From Rozella allomycis CSF55 (Eukaryota), in NCBI GenBank assembly GCA_000442015.1, contig KE560734.1, forward strand, positions 1 to 32,808: a DNA stretch of 32,808 bases. The letters run 5' to 3'. Positions 13,305 to 27,864 of the stretch are shown in pieces. The notes below the pieces were generated by a model, which was not told where the DNA came from, searched no databases, and saw nothing but the letters and a program-made list of their open reading frames with translations. A program made the position numbers and the translations under genes. Every line of letters starts with the position of its first letter. Position 1 is the first letter of the stretch.

Positions 13305-14833
13305 GTGACCGTGTTTTCTGACCCTTTTTGGCAGAGATATGAGGAGGGCAAAAAACACTTGATGGAGGAAGAAGAACATTTGAGAACAATAGAAAATTTA
13401 CTTTTGAGCCAGCAGGATAAAAATCAGCAGGTCTCAGGTTCGACCTTTTTCTTATGCAGTGTCTTAACAACCCGATTGAAGTCTTTTGTAAACGCACAGT
13501 TGGTGGAAGGATGCATTCAGTGTCAAGACCAAGCCTTTCTGCCCTATCCAAAAGACGAAATCAAGAAACTCTACGTCAGAAAGTGCTATGAAGATGTCTT
13601 TCACCTGCTTATTCAACATATAAACCTCAACGAGAGATCATTTGGAATATCTGGGACACCAGGCATTGGAAAGTCAATATTCTTTGTCTACATCTTGTAT
13701 CGCTTGATGGATAACTTTGGTTCAAAAACTTTGTCTTTGAAGGTGAGGCGGATTGTTTATCACCATGTGAACGAATATACTTGTTTTGACTTGGGAAAAC
13801 AAACAGTAGTTGAACTAAATCGATTGAATGCAAAAGTATTAGTTCGGGAAAAAGATACATTTTATATTGTTGATGGGCGAACGAGCCCATTGTCATCATC
13901 CTGCATTGTCTTATTTATATCATATCCTCTGTCTGAATACAAACGCTTCGTTAAACAGAATATGGCCAGAGAATGGTTCTTGCCTGTTTGGACTCTGGCC
14001 GAGTTAGAGGCTTGTCAGCTTTATTGCTATCCAAATTTATCCATTGAAATTCTCAAAGAGCGTTATCGGATATATGGTGGCGTCGCTCGCTCGGTATTTT
14101 ACAGAGATTATTCTAAATTATGGAGGAAGCTTTGGCAGACGTTGATGCAGTCAAGGGAGTATGTAACATTGGAATCCTAAAAAATATGCTTGACACAACT
14201 CATACTTTGCTTCACATTCTCGTTTCCAACGACGGACTTTATCAATTCACTCACGTTGATATCGCTTCAAAACATGTCGGGGAACAATTGTGGATACGTC
14301 ATTCTGCTCAAATGATAACCAATCTCCAACAAATGTTTGGTAGTTTTCCTAACGAGATTGCAAGACATTTGTTTGAGATATATGGACATATGGTTTTTTC
14401 TGTCGGTGGGCGCACTCTCAAATGCAAATGTTTGGAAAGTGGAGCCGCTAGCGAAATTACATTAGATGCTCTTCATGGTCAAAGAATATCATATGGAAAA
14501 GATACCATCCCTGCTGCCGAAGAACTCGCGGGCAACTACTACGAAGCGACAGACGATGATACTTTTCCAGCAATTGATTCTCTCAGTCTCCAGGGAATGT
14601 TCCAATTCACAATTGCAGTCGAGAATCCAATTCTCGGAGTTCAAATTTTAAAAAAATTGTGCGAGATTTACGAAGAGCCAAAACTATACTATGTTGTACC
14701 TCCACACCGGTTTGCCTCCTTTAAGAAGCAGAGTTTCAAAGCAAAGACGGGTACAGGTGATGTGACCGAAATCAGTAACTTGAAGCAATATGTTTTAGAA
14801 CTTCCTTTCTATGATCATTTTAGTTATAATTAA
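13305..14833 (+). CDS. Crinkler (CRN)/RHS-type P-loop NTPase plus restriction-endonuclease-fold effector; frame break near 14118; 5' end unresolved
   Basis: LYVRKCY, ISGTPGIGKS (Walker A), FYIVDG (Walker B), LPVWTLAEL, YGGVARSVF, HTLLHI, and C-terminal FPAIDSL...FQFT...NPI...LYYVVP...QYVLEL are typical of CR-NTPase + CR-REase proteins. ORFs 13305-14180 and 14120-14833 differ by one frame. May be a pseudogene. Confidence 0.8.
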
Positions 14834-14914
14834 CACATAACAACAGTAGTCATACAATAAACCTGTTGATGCATTTTTGCAAGTTTGTTTAATTTATTTA
14901 GTTTAATGGATTTG

Positions 14915-14958
14915 ATTGTTTAATTCTGGAATAGTATTCTATTCCAGAATTAAACAAT
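14915..14958. repeat. Perfect 20-bp inverted repeat with 4-nt loop
   Basis: attgtttaattctggaatag-tatt-ctattccagaattaaacaat. Confidence 0.95.
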
Positions 14959-15009
14959 ATTCTGTACCCAAAATATAGTAATAGACGATGTTTTTGAAAC
15001 CAAAAGAAT

Positions 15010-15243
15010 GCCATTCAACGTAGCGAAATGTTAGGTCATTTTGGCAAAAAAATATAAAATACTTAAAGAAACCAGTGAACCACTATTTCTACACTAAATC
15101 CAATAAAATGGTTATTTTTCGCCATTCGAGGTACCGAAAATGTTAAATGTTAGGCCATTTTGGCAAAAAAAATATAGAGTAATTAAATAAACCACCAAAA
15201 TTTTTAATTTCTACACTACATCCAATAAAATGGTTATTTTTTC
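15010..15243. repeat. Diverged tandem duplication, two units of ~111 and ~123 bp, directly upstream of the ABC transporter
   Basis: Units 15010-15120 and 15121-15243 share gccattc...aaatgttagg(t/c)cattttggcaaaaaaa and atttctacacta(a/c)atccaataaaatggttattttt. Confidence 0.9.
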
Positions 15244-15289
15244 AGACTATTAAAGATGCTTCTTGCCCATCATTCCAAGCCACATTGTA

Positions 15290-18994
<3,705 letters not shown>

Positions 18995-19105
18995 TTTAAG
19001 ATATTTCAATACGGATGACTCTTGAAAAGTCGTTTTTTTTAAAATTAAAAATCTATCATTTTCAAACTCCTATTTCAAGCTATTATGTACAAAATTATGC
19101 TTTAT

Positions 19106-19864
19106 TTAATCAATAAATTGATCTGTAAAGAACTGAAACGCTTCAAGGATTTTACTGTCTTCTTGCTTGTCATCATCCACATTCAAATCATCAAACGACA
19201 TGTCTTGGATCTTTATCTCTGGTACATCAACCTTCTTTGCCTCCTTCTTTCCACTAAACGCAATATCCATCACATCCGGTGATACCGAAGACCTTCTTTA
19301 AAACCACCCAGATTAAATTACTTTACGACACTCGCCGCCATATTCGACAGACTCCTCTCCAAATTGCTCAAATCCCTATCAAACCGCCAACGAACACATA
19401 CTTTTCAATCCCGGCCGTATCAAACGCCGCCGAATTCTGCATCAAACTAGTCCTATACTGCCGAATATACCCCAGCAGCTCCTGCTTATTCTCCTGCGCC
19501 CGCTCAGCATCCATCTCATACTCTATCCAACCACACACACCTTGTTACCCCTGCTGCCTCTCTTTCTCGGCAAATACGAGCATTCGCTGCTCAACGACAC
19601 ACTCCGCTCCCTAGCCGCGCCCTGGCCCTGCGCATGCCATCCAATGCCGCTCTCCGAATAGCTCGGCGTCAGGCATTCCGGAGACACGTGGTACTGCCGA
19701 TTCTGGTTGATCATCTGCAACAGAACGGCATTCTCCTTGGACAGCTCGCCAATCTTGGTCTTTAGTGACGCGTTTTCGGCCATCAGGAAGCGAATCACCT
19801 TTTCATCCTCGCTGATTGCACGGCGGAGCTCTGTAATAATGTCGGGCTTTTCTAATGCGTTCAT
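19106..19864 (-). CDS. Hypothetical coiled-coil protein, 3 introns
   Basis: ORF 19864-19523 continues through three 26-nt GT-AG introns into EYEMDAERAQENKQELLGYIRQYR..., DLSNLERSLSNM... and ...EAFQFFTDQFID*. No family recognised. Confidence 0.65.
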
Positions 19865-20038
19865 TTGGGAAAGTTTAGTTCGGAAAATATTTGCAATCTG
19901 ATCGTAGCAGGGGATTATGCAAATTCTATTTTTACTTAAATTGATATGGCGAAATGTAATGCTTAGAAATCAGTTAGAAAGGAATTTAATAATTGTTGGT
20001 TGGAAACTTGGATGGTTGTTTGTGTAAATAGCTGTAAT

Positions 20039-20705
20039 TTATTTTTTGTTTAGAACTACAAGTATAATTAATAAAGCACTGAGAATACTAGTTAATAGTG
20101 TTACGGACGATACAAACGGTTGATGTTTGATGTTGCCACATGGAACGTTAAAGTTTAGATCCTGGAGCGGAAGCTTGACGTTGGATACGCTTGAAATGTC
20201 AAACATGCCATCAGGATAGTCAAAAGAATAGGAATTCTTTAAATTGTATACTTTAGATCCTTCTTGAATATATTGTTCATATTCCACAGCCCATTCATTG
20301 GATGTTGAAGGAACTTGGCAAGAAGATGTCAGATAGGGTTGAATAGACAAATTGACAGGGAATATACCATCATCATTCGCTCCATGATATCTAACATGGA
20401 TAGGAATCTGTTCCTTTCTCTTTTTACTTTATGACTTGTAATCATCGCTATTACCTTATACGGAGCCATAATGTAGTGTTATGAGAATTTTCAAACGGGG
20501 CCTCTAAATCAACTCTGTTTGGACTTTTAATGAATACTTTGGGAGCACCGATTCGATAATAGAGGTCATACACTTGATAAGGGTCTACAAACACGTTAGC
20601 AGGTAAATTAAAATAAACTAAATTTTCACAATCAACAATAGAGGAATCAACATTAATTTCCAGTGTTTTGTGATAGCCGTCTCCATTGAGTGTAAATTCC
20701 AACAT
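20039..20705 (-). CDS. PIGX: GPI mannosyltransferase I subunit PIG-X/Pbn1
   Basis: LPANVFVDPYQ, VDLEAP, IPIHVRYH (after one 29-nt intron), VPCG followed by a C-terminal transmembrane helix. Confidence 0.85.
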
Positions 20706-20748
20706 GAAAATTCTAATTATTATTATTATATATTTCCATGAATTTTAT

Positions 20749-21086
20749 TTATGATTCAACCAATTCACGCAAGCGACGAATTGTGCTTCTGACAGTGACA
20801 GCAGCGGTGGTGCTTTAATAAATAAAAATAATATATGCTACCTGACAGTCCATGCACCTCCAGCCATGACTTTGCTGCATCCACGGCATTTCCAGATTCC
20901 GACAGCAGTGCGTTTTACAGCGTCTTTTCCACAAAAAGTGCAGGTGTAGGTTGCGTGTTGAGTAATTTCCATTTTCTTGACTTGTTTACGGAGAGATGCA
21001 CCATAACGGGTACCGTATTTTCCAACAACTCCAACTTTCTTGGTACGTTTGGCCTAATCGTAAAGGATTAATATTTTTGATACCAT
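20749..21086 (-). CDS. RPL43: 60S ribosomal protein eL43 (L37a/L43), 92 aa; not in the ORF track
   Basis: Exons 21086-21084 (ATG only), 21053-20842 and 20812-20749 translate to [92 protein letters not shown]. Confidence 0.98.
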
Positions 21087-21164
21087 TTCAAATGTATGCA
21101 GGGGTCGAAAAAAACCAAAGTCTGAAATTTCCGAGACGAAAGATGGATTCTGAATTTTTCGCAA

Positions 21165-21553
21165 ATGGTGCAACTGAGACTTGTGAGAGACGAACTGTCT
21201 CAGAATGAAGATTTTATATTACTGGATTTACAGGGATCGATTGAAAGGAATGCAGGCGAAGAAGAGTCTGAAAATGATGTTATTGGCAAAATGGATTTTG
21301 ACGGAGTACAGTGATTATTGAATATATATTCAAGGAGACGGCGAAACTAACTATTGGAAACCAAGAGTTGGTAGGAAAAGTTGAAAAATTAAAGAAACCG
21401 CTTGTAATTTTAGAAGCACCGATTGTCACGAAAGACGACATGGAGGAGGAAAATACACCGAACCAAAATGAGATAATAATACCAGATTACAAGATGCGTC
21501 AATTTATAAGAAAGAAGATTGTATTCAAAAGTAGACCAAGAACATTAGTGTAA
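21165..21553 (+). CDS. CTF8: Chromosome transmission fidelity protein 8 (Ctf18-RFC subunit)
   Basis: MVQL...ILLDLQGSI...IGKMDF|...LTIGNQELVGKVEKLKKPLVIL...IRKKIVFKSRP; intron 21306-21334. Confidence 0.9.
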
Positions 21554-21585
21554 ATAGAATAAATTTTGGAATGTTTATTGGGTGA

Positions 21586-23064
21586 CTAAACGTCGATTTC
21601 AAGATCAAAGTCGTGTGCAGAAAAGAGATCTTTTGCTTTTTCTTCTTTTTGAGTATCTGATTCTTCAATCAACGATGAAGGGTCAAGACTTGGAGATGAA
21701 TGATGGATGAAATCTGGCTTGCATTTTCTTCTAGCAAAAGGATCCAAATTGTTAGCGCCTAGCTCTTTTTTGAGTTGTCTTGATTTTCTTTCAGCTTCTC
21801 TAATTTCTTCTTGATTGGAAAGTCTGTTTCGTCTATTGACTTGCGCTAAAGCTTCCAATCTCTGATCACGTTTTGAATCTGGATCTTTTTCAAGCCTTGA
21901 AAGTTCAAATTTAATTCTTTCGATTTCTTCTTCATCATTTTCATATTTTGCTCTTTCCAACTCTGCCAATAGATTTGCCTTTTCCATTGCAGGGTTCACA
22001 ACAGTTTGATTGAATCTTTTCTTTTCTTGCATCATTTTTGACACTTCTTCTTCTGTTAAATTTGTAGATTTCGCTTCAATAATCTCTTGATTCTTTTCAA
22101 CACAAAATTGCTTCGTTGGTGGCTTTATCTTTCTCTCATCCAAATAAGCTTTCCATTTGGAATATTCTTTGTCAGTAAAAAACGAATTGGATAGAATATC
22201 TAAACGAAAATCTTTCAAATCGTTTCCATATTTCAAACTCAGTGCCTTGTCAGTTGAAACTCCATTGATCTTGTAAACTCTCCTGTATCTAATAACATCT
22301 TTAATTAAAAAAATCATATATTATAACCTTGAATTTGAGCTAATCTATAAACATTTTCCTTTGTGTTTTGATCCATTTTAAAACTCACTCTAACAAAACA
22401 TCCTTTCACAACGTCTTCAAAGAATGATCTAAACATCCATTTTTCTAATCTACTTCTTGTCAAAAATATTGATTCAATATCTTTTTGATCAGCTAAAGGC
22501 TCCTCTATTCTTTCGTCTTCGCCTTCTTGTTCTTGTTCGCTCTCATTAGGCGAAGTCAATTCTTTAGCATCCATCGCTTCAGCATCCTTTTGAATCTTTG
22601 TCATTCTCTTTTCTTTTAGTTTCTTCAAACTCGTCGTTCGTCCTTTACTTTGATGCAAACAACGTTACTGTCTGTCTTTGTTGCACTTCTTCTCAATTCT
22701 TTCTTCCTTTGTCTTTCTTTTCTGGCATCAGCTCTTTCAAATAATATTTCTTCCCTCTGTAATTCTGGTAACGAAAACAGCCTATTATTTTCATTTCTCA
22801 AACCCTACCATTTCCTATCTTCTTCGTCTCCAATCAAGTCAGGTCCATATCCATCTCCAGAATCCTCTGAATCTTCGTCGTCATCTACAGCGTTCTCTTC
22901 TTCAACTTGGTAATCATCGCTCTCGGAAATTTCGCTCTCTTCGTCTTCCTCCTCTCTTTATGATCTTAACAATAATTTGTGTACTCTTTTCTCTTCTTTT
23001 TCTCTTTTTTATCCATCAAATTTCGAATTTCTTGTGAATAATCAAGCTTTGCCTTTCTTTTCAT
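21586..23064 (-). CDS. RTF1: PAF1 complex subunit Rtf1 (Plus3 domain), 4 introns
   Basis: DEEDRKW|LFSLPELQREEILFER (histone modification domain), LTRSRLEKW...FFEDVVKGCFVRV...YRLAQI (Plus3), DPFARRKCKP, DLFSAHDFDLEIDV. Confidence 0.93.
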
Positions 23065-23210
23065 TGTCCAACTAACCAAGCCACAATACAGCAATCGGAA
23101 AATTTTGTAACATCAAGCGTCACATATTGTCTAATGAATATAGCTTTAAATTTTAATAGAAAACTAAGAAAATCCTCTCAAAAATGCATAACGGATGATA
23201 AAAAATTTAT

Positions 23211-24865
23211 TTAAAAGTTGAAATGAAATCTGTGCCCGTTTTGTTGAAAGCCACCGCCATTTTGAAAAAATTGTCCTCCATGACCATTTCTAAACAGATG
23301 CTCAAATGGGTTTTCTCCATAACTTTTAAATCCTTCTCCTGGACCTCCTTGACCTCCATATGGATCATCAGGATCAATTCCACTATCATATTCTCTTCTC
23401 AATTCTATTTAACAAATATATAACCATAATACTTTCATCCCCGAGAATTCTATACGCTGTATTGATTTCAGCCATTTTCTTTTCAGCTTCTTCTTTATTT
23501 TCGTCATTCTTGTCTGGATGCCATTTGATTGCCAACTTGCGATAAGCTTGTTTAATGGCGCTTGCATCTGCATCTCTTGGCACTCCCAAAATATCATAAT
23601 AATTTTTCATGCTTGCTTGTTTCTTTTTCTTTTCAACCTCATTAATTTTCTTTCTGTATTTCATATTCCCTTGATCAAGTTCATGGGCTTTGTGGTATTC
23701 TCTACTTGCTTAATTAACCTTAAATTGAACTTTTACCTTCTTCAAATTTGTCGCTCTGGAAATACGCTTCTCCAAGCGCTGCATGAAGTGATGCTTTGCC
23801 TGACTCATTCTCAATTGCCTTTTCACAAAACTTTATTGCTTTTGGCGCATTTTTCACTTTGGAATAGCCAGTACACAATTTTTCCAACAATTCGTTTTTC
23901 TGTTCCAAGCTAAAAGAAATTCCTTCCCCGTAACCAACTTTGCTGGTGTCCACTTGATCCATTTCTACCAAATGTTGTTCAACTTCGGGAAGGACTTCTT
24001 TCATTCTGGTTCTTGATTGTTTTTCTGCTTCAATGTATCTCTTTAGCAATTTTTCCGTCCCTTTGATAAATTTATACAATTTTCTGCATTTCTTATCGTC
24101 TTGGTCAAGTCTCAAACACTCGGATAAACTATTAAAGGCATTAGAATGACTTCCCGTGAACATTTGAATTTCAGCCAAACGCAAAAATGACTTTGTGTCC
24201 GCATTCACAAGTCTTGCAATGCTAGACAAGTCTGGAATCGCATTTTCAAATTTCTTGTCTTTTATATTCAAATCGACCCTAAGTCTTCGCGGCTCCAAAA
24301 ATGCAGGGGATATTCTTATAATTTCAGACAATTTTTCAATAATTTCATTTCTTTTAGAATCAATAGACTTATTATTCTGGACATAATCCCAAGCCTCACT
24401 TGTATCATGTACTGTTTTCAATAACTCTCTGTTTTCTTCCGTGTCTTTCAACTTTTCCAATTCCTCCTGCGCCTTACTAAATTCACCTATCTTCAAATTT
24501 ATTTTTGCTTTAAGGAAAATAGCCTTCACTTTTATATATTTTTAATTATTACGCTTTCAAAGTCAGGGTTTTGAACCAAAAGACTGTCAAGGTCACTCAT
24601 TGCGTCTTCATATCGTCCCATATTCTGGTACACTGTTGCGCGAGAAAATAACGCAGCAGAGTTGTTATTTTCCAGTTCTTATTTTCGTGCTGACAAATAT
24701 TTTACCCAAGATCTCTCTGTAATTACGGAGAGCCTTTTGATAATCTCTCTGCCTCAAGGCCTGTTGCGCTTCTAGTAATAAATCACTAATACCTTTTATT
24801 TTATATCTAACATTAGATTTACTTGCAAAACAAAAGGGTAAAAAGAGAGTAACCAAGAATTTCAT
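23211..24865 (-). CDS. DNAJC3: ER-lumenal TPR + J-domain co-chaperone (DNAJC3/P58IPK-like), 4-5 introns
   Basis: Signal peptide [17 protein letters not shown] repeats, [20 protein letters not shown]...[24 protein letters not shown]-terminal FHFNF. Confidence 0.92.
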
Positions 24866-24877
24866 CGAAATCTATGG

Positions 24878-24885
24878 TGACGTGG
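24878..24885 (+). promoter_or_regulatory. Candidate unfolded-protein-response element TGACGTGG upstream of DNAJC3
   Basis: Exact XBP1-type UPRE core ending 13 nt from the DNAJC3 ATG (24865); a second TGACG follows at 24887. Confidence 0.4.
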
Positions 24886-25027
24886 CTGACGCTCAATGGC
24901 TGCATGTCAGATGTTATTAAGCATCAATAAAATATTGAAAAGTATCAAATGCAAATGCACAATTAAATTACTCACAACCTCATCACTTTGTGAAGAAGAA
25001 CCTTAATCAATTTCGATGGCTAGTTTA

Positions 25028-25231
25028 TTAAATACTCGTCACAGTTTTTCCAGTCTTCTTTATAGTATTAAATATTTCATCGAACTTTGCGGTTCCCGTT
25101 ACTTTAACGGTTTGATCTTCAAGAGATATATCAACGGACTGTATCCCCTGTAATCGGTTTAATGCTTTTTGCACTGCATTTGAACAACCTGAACAACTCA
25201 TTCCAACTTTAAAAGTATGCGTGGCTTCCAT
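25028..25231 (-). CDS. ATX1: Copper chaperone Atx1/ATOX1 (HMA domain), 67 aa
   Basis: FKVGMSCSGCSNAVQKAL (MxCxxC) and C-terminal IKKTGK; intronless; ATG at 25231. Confidence 0.95.
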   Translation of the reverse strand: MEATHTFKVGMSCSGCSNAVQKALNRLQGIQSVDISLEDQTVKVTGTAKFDEIFNTIKKTGKTVTSI

Positions 25232-25866
25232 TTCCAATCGTTTCACTTAGGCCAGGGGCACGGAGTAAAATTATCCCAATCTGGAGCTGCCGTGTATTAT
25301 TAGCATTGATCTTCCAAAAATAATAAATGGCTATTGGCCTCATAGTATGTATCGATTAATTCATAAAATATCGGAATGAAATAAAGTCGATCATGAAAAA
25401 TTCACCCAGAATTGGCCAATTGCAATATCTATATTCATTACTTCAATGAACGCTCTCATTTAAATTTTTCCAGTATTTGATTGATTTAACCTTTATTTCT
25501 CGAAATTCGCAATCATATTTTCGATATTGAATTTCAATGAGCAGAAGAAATATACCAGCCAACCTAACAGACCAAAGGCTACGAAAAGCTTTCTTAAGTT
25601 CCTTGGGACTTTTATCGTTTTACTATTTTTTCATCCAAGCGCCTTTGAATAAAGTTAATACTAGCCAGGTAGGCTAACTAATGACAACATATAGAATGAA
25701 AAAGATAAGTTAATCGATGATTACTATGATAATCTCAAGTCCTAAATTCAGAAGGTACGATCTATTTTTAGATCACTGAACGTTCACGTTCACGCTCATG
25801 TGAACAAGATTTCAATAAATATAAATACATGAACGTTCTGATGAGTAACTGAATTTTATAATTTTG

Positions 25867-27099
25867 ATGAAATTAATTTTAATGATATCTTCGTTATCCA
25901 TTGTGGCCTATGCCAATCCTCCAATTATTAGGGACACTCCTGATCCAACACTTAGACTCATTACCATGAACAAGAACGGTATTCCATCATCCATTTCTAA
26001 AGCCACGCACGAAAACCATATTGTTGTGCGAGATACCCCAAAGATTAACTATGGAAAGGAGCCTGCTTTGCCAGTACAGGAACCGGGCTATTTTGGATCG
26101 ATTCTTTCACGATTGACATCTGTAGGACGTAGTACAGTGGTTTCCGTAGGAACTAAAGCACTAGTTATGTCAGGTCAACTAAGCACTAATTCTTACTTAT
26201 TGAAAAATGTGATTGGAAAATACATGCCACCAGAGATTAGCTCAAAATATGAATTTAGAGTAAGTCAAAGAAACACTGGAAATGATTTGAGATTGGTTCC
26301 CATAAAGGAAGAGGATATTCCAGTGACCATTAAAAACAAATTTAAGGGGGAACTCCGATCGGTTTCCTATAGCAAAGATCATGATTTATATGAAATGCAT
26401 ACCGAAAGAGGCATATACAGCGCTAAATATGATCCAGAGACCGCTTCTTTGACATTTGTTTCCAAAAGAATTGCATTGGAAAGTAGAAACAAATTCGCTA
26501 CCCTTTTCTTAAAGGTTAACAGAATTTTTGAAGACCTAAACAGGCAAACAGGCCGAACCGATATTAAATTACAAACAAATTTGTTTCAAGAGTATAAGTT
26601 TAATAGTCAAAAAGGTGTATTTGAACCTTCAGTAGAAATTTCTGGGAGTATCAAACTAAAGGGTGGTTTAAAGGACATCAATCACGGGGAAACTGAATTA
26701 GATATTAAATTAATACCTACCAGAGAGGGAACTTATTTGATAGAGTTATTGGACACACGGTTAACAATTGCAGGGCAAAAAATACATATTGACTCGCACC
26801 CTATTAACTCCAACAACCGCCAGCCTTTAAAATTTGAAATTAGTGTTGATGATATTGATAATCAGAGAATAAACGGGGTTTTCGTACGTAATAGAATACT
26901 TAAAGGTCATGGCGAACAAACCATCATTTCATTCAACGACAGGGTAAATTTTAACAAACCAATTGATATTTATGATGGTAGAATCACCCAAATAGAGCCA
27001 CAAAAACCAGGTTTCCTCAATAGGAATAAATGGAATCTTGCAGCAGCTTTATCTGGTATTGGTGGGTTCGCCTACTTTCTCCAAGATAACGCCAAATAA
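25867..27099 (+). CDS. Intronless hypothetical secreted or C-terminally anchored protein, 410 aa
   Basis: Long ORF with signal-peptide-like MKLILMISSLSIVAYA and hydrophobic C-terminal WNLAAALSGIGGFAYFL; no family recognised. Confidence 0.75.
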   Translation: MKLILMISSLSIVAYANPPIIRDTPDPTLRLITMNKNGIPSSISKATHENHIVVRDTPKINYGKEPALPVQEPGYFGSILSRLTSVGRSTVVSVGTKALVMSGQLSTNSYLLKNVIGKYMPPEISSKYEFRVSQRNTGNDLRLVPIKEEDIPVTIKNKFKGELRSVSYSKDHDLYEMHTERGIYSAKYDPETASLTFVSKRIALESRNKFATLFLKVNRIFEDLNRQTGRTDIKLQTNLFQEYKFNSQKGVFEPSVEISGSIKLKGGLKDINHGETELDIKLIPTREGTYLIELLDTRLTIAGQKIHIDSHPINSNNRQPLKFEISVDDIDNQRINGVFVRNRILKGHGEQTIISFNDRVNFNKPIDIYDGRITQIEPQKPGFLNRNKWNLAAALSGIGGFAYFLQDNAK

Positions 27100-27104
27100 A
27101 TTTA

Positions 27105-27830
27105 TTATGTCATTAACGATTTTGTAAACAAATTATATGAATTTTCAATGTCAAAAAGTAATTGTCGAGACTGTGATGTATTTAATTCCTCGTCGGCCCT
27201 CATTTTGTTTAATGTAATGAGCCTAAAATGGGAAAGCTTCCAAAAAGTTACCATTCTCTTATTTTAACCTTAGCTTCAAACTCTGGTGGTAAATGCGTCA
27301 ATTTGTTTAAGGATACAATCAACTCAGATAATAGTGGATGTATTTGATCGGCGGCTACCATATTCAGTTTTAAAGAATCCATTAAAGTTATAAAAAATTG
27401 AACCGTTGTGGCAACATTATATTGTATTTTTGCGGAATCATTGTCTGTTTTGTCTGTATGTTCTACTGAAGCAGGGACACCAATCGCCAGTCGCTTAATG
27501 GCTGCTGGACAGTTCATCTATTTTTATGAAAATATTAATCTACCTTGTATTCTTTCGAAAACTGGTCTAAATCTAATGGACTGTGTAACAAGTTCATTGC
27601 AGTCTTATATTGTGCGATCAGTTTCACACATGCCGGAGTATAGCTTAATTTAAATTTAAAAGATATATTACGCATCAGAATTAACAGCATCTCGAATATA
27701 TGCACGCTCTAACTGTTCGAGCGCAACTAGAATAGCATAAATCTCTGACAGTGCCTCAAGACGATCTCTTTCTTGAATGGAATCATACAACTTGATTTCC
27801 TTGGTGCTACAGAGTGATAAGCCGTACCAT
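27105..27830 (-). CDS. VPS28: ESCRT-I subunit Vps28, 4 introns
   Basis: M|EIKLYDS...LSEIYAILVALEQLERAYIRD...YTPACVKLIAQYK...MNCPAAIKRLAIGVP...FITLMDSLKLN...DQIHPLL...W|LITLNKMRADEEL...RQLLFDIENSY; first exon is ATG only (intron 27800-27827). Confidence 0.95.
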
Positions 27831-27864
27831 TACAAAATTCGAAATTTCACCTTCTTCTTTAGGA

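Noticed and set aside
13108..13551. 147-aa minus-strand ORF overlapping the CRN 5' region
   Set aside because: No recognisable motifs and it overlaps a better supported plus-strand gene.
14105..14125. Programmed -1 ribosomal frameshift in the CRN gene
   Set aside because: No X XXY YYZ slippery heptamer in frame at the break.
14915..14975. Hairpin as a Helitron 3' end or bacterial-type terminator
   Set aside because: AT-rich stem with no CTRR end a few bases downstream and no U-tract; eukaryotic context.
15010..15243. CRISPR-like array
   Set aside because: Only two long diverged units, no repeat-spacer periodicity and no cas genes.
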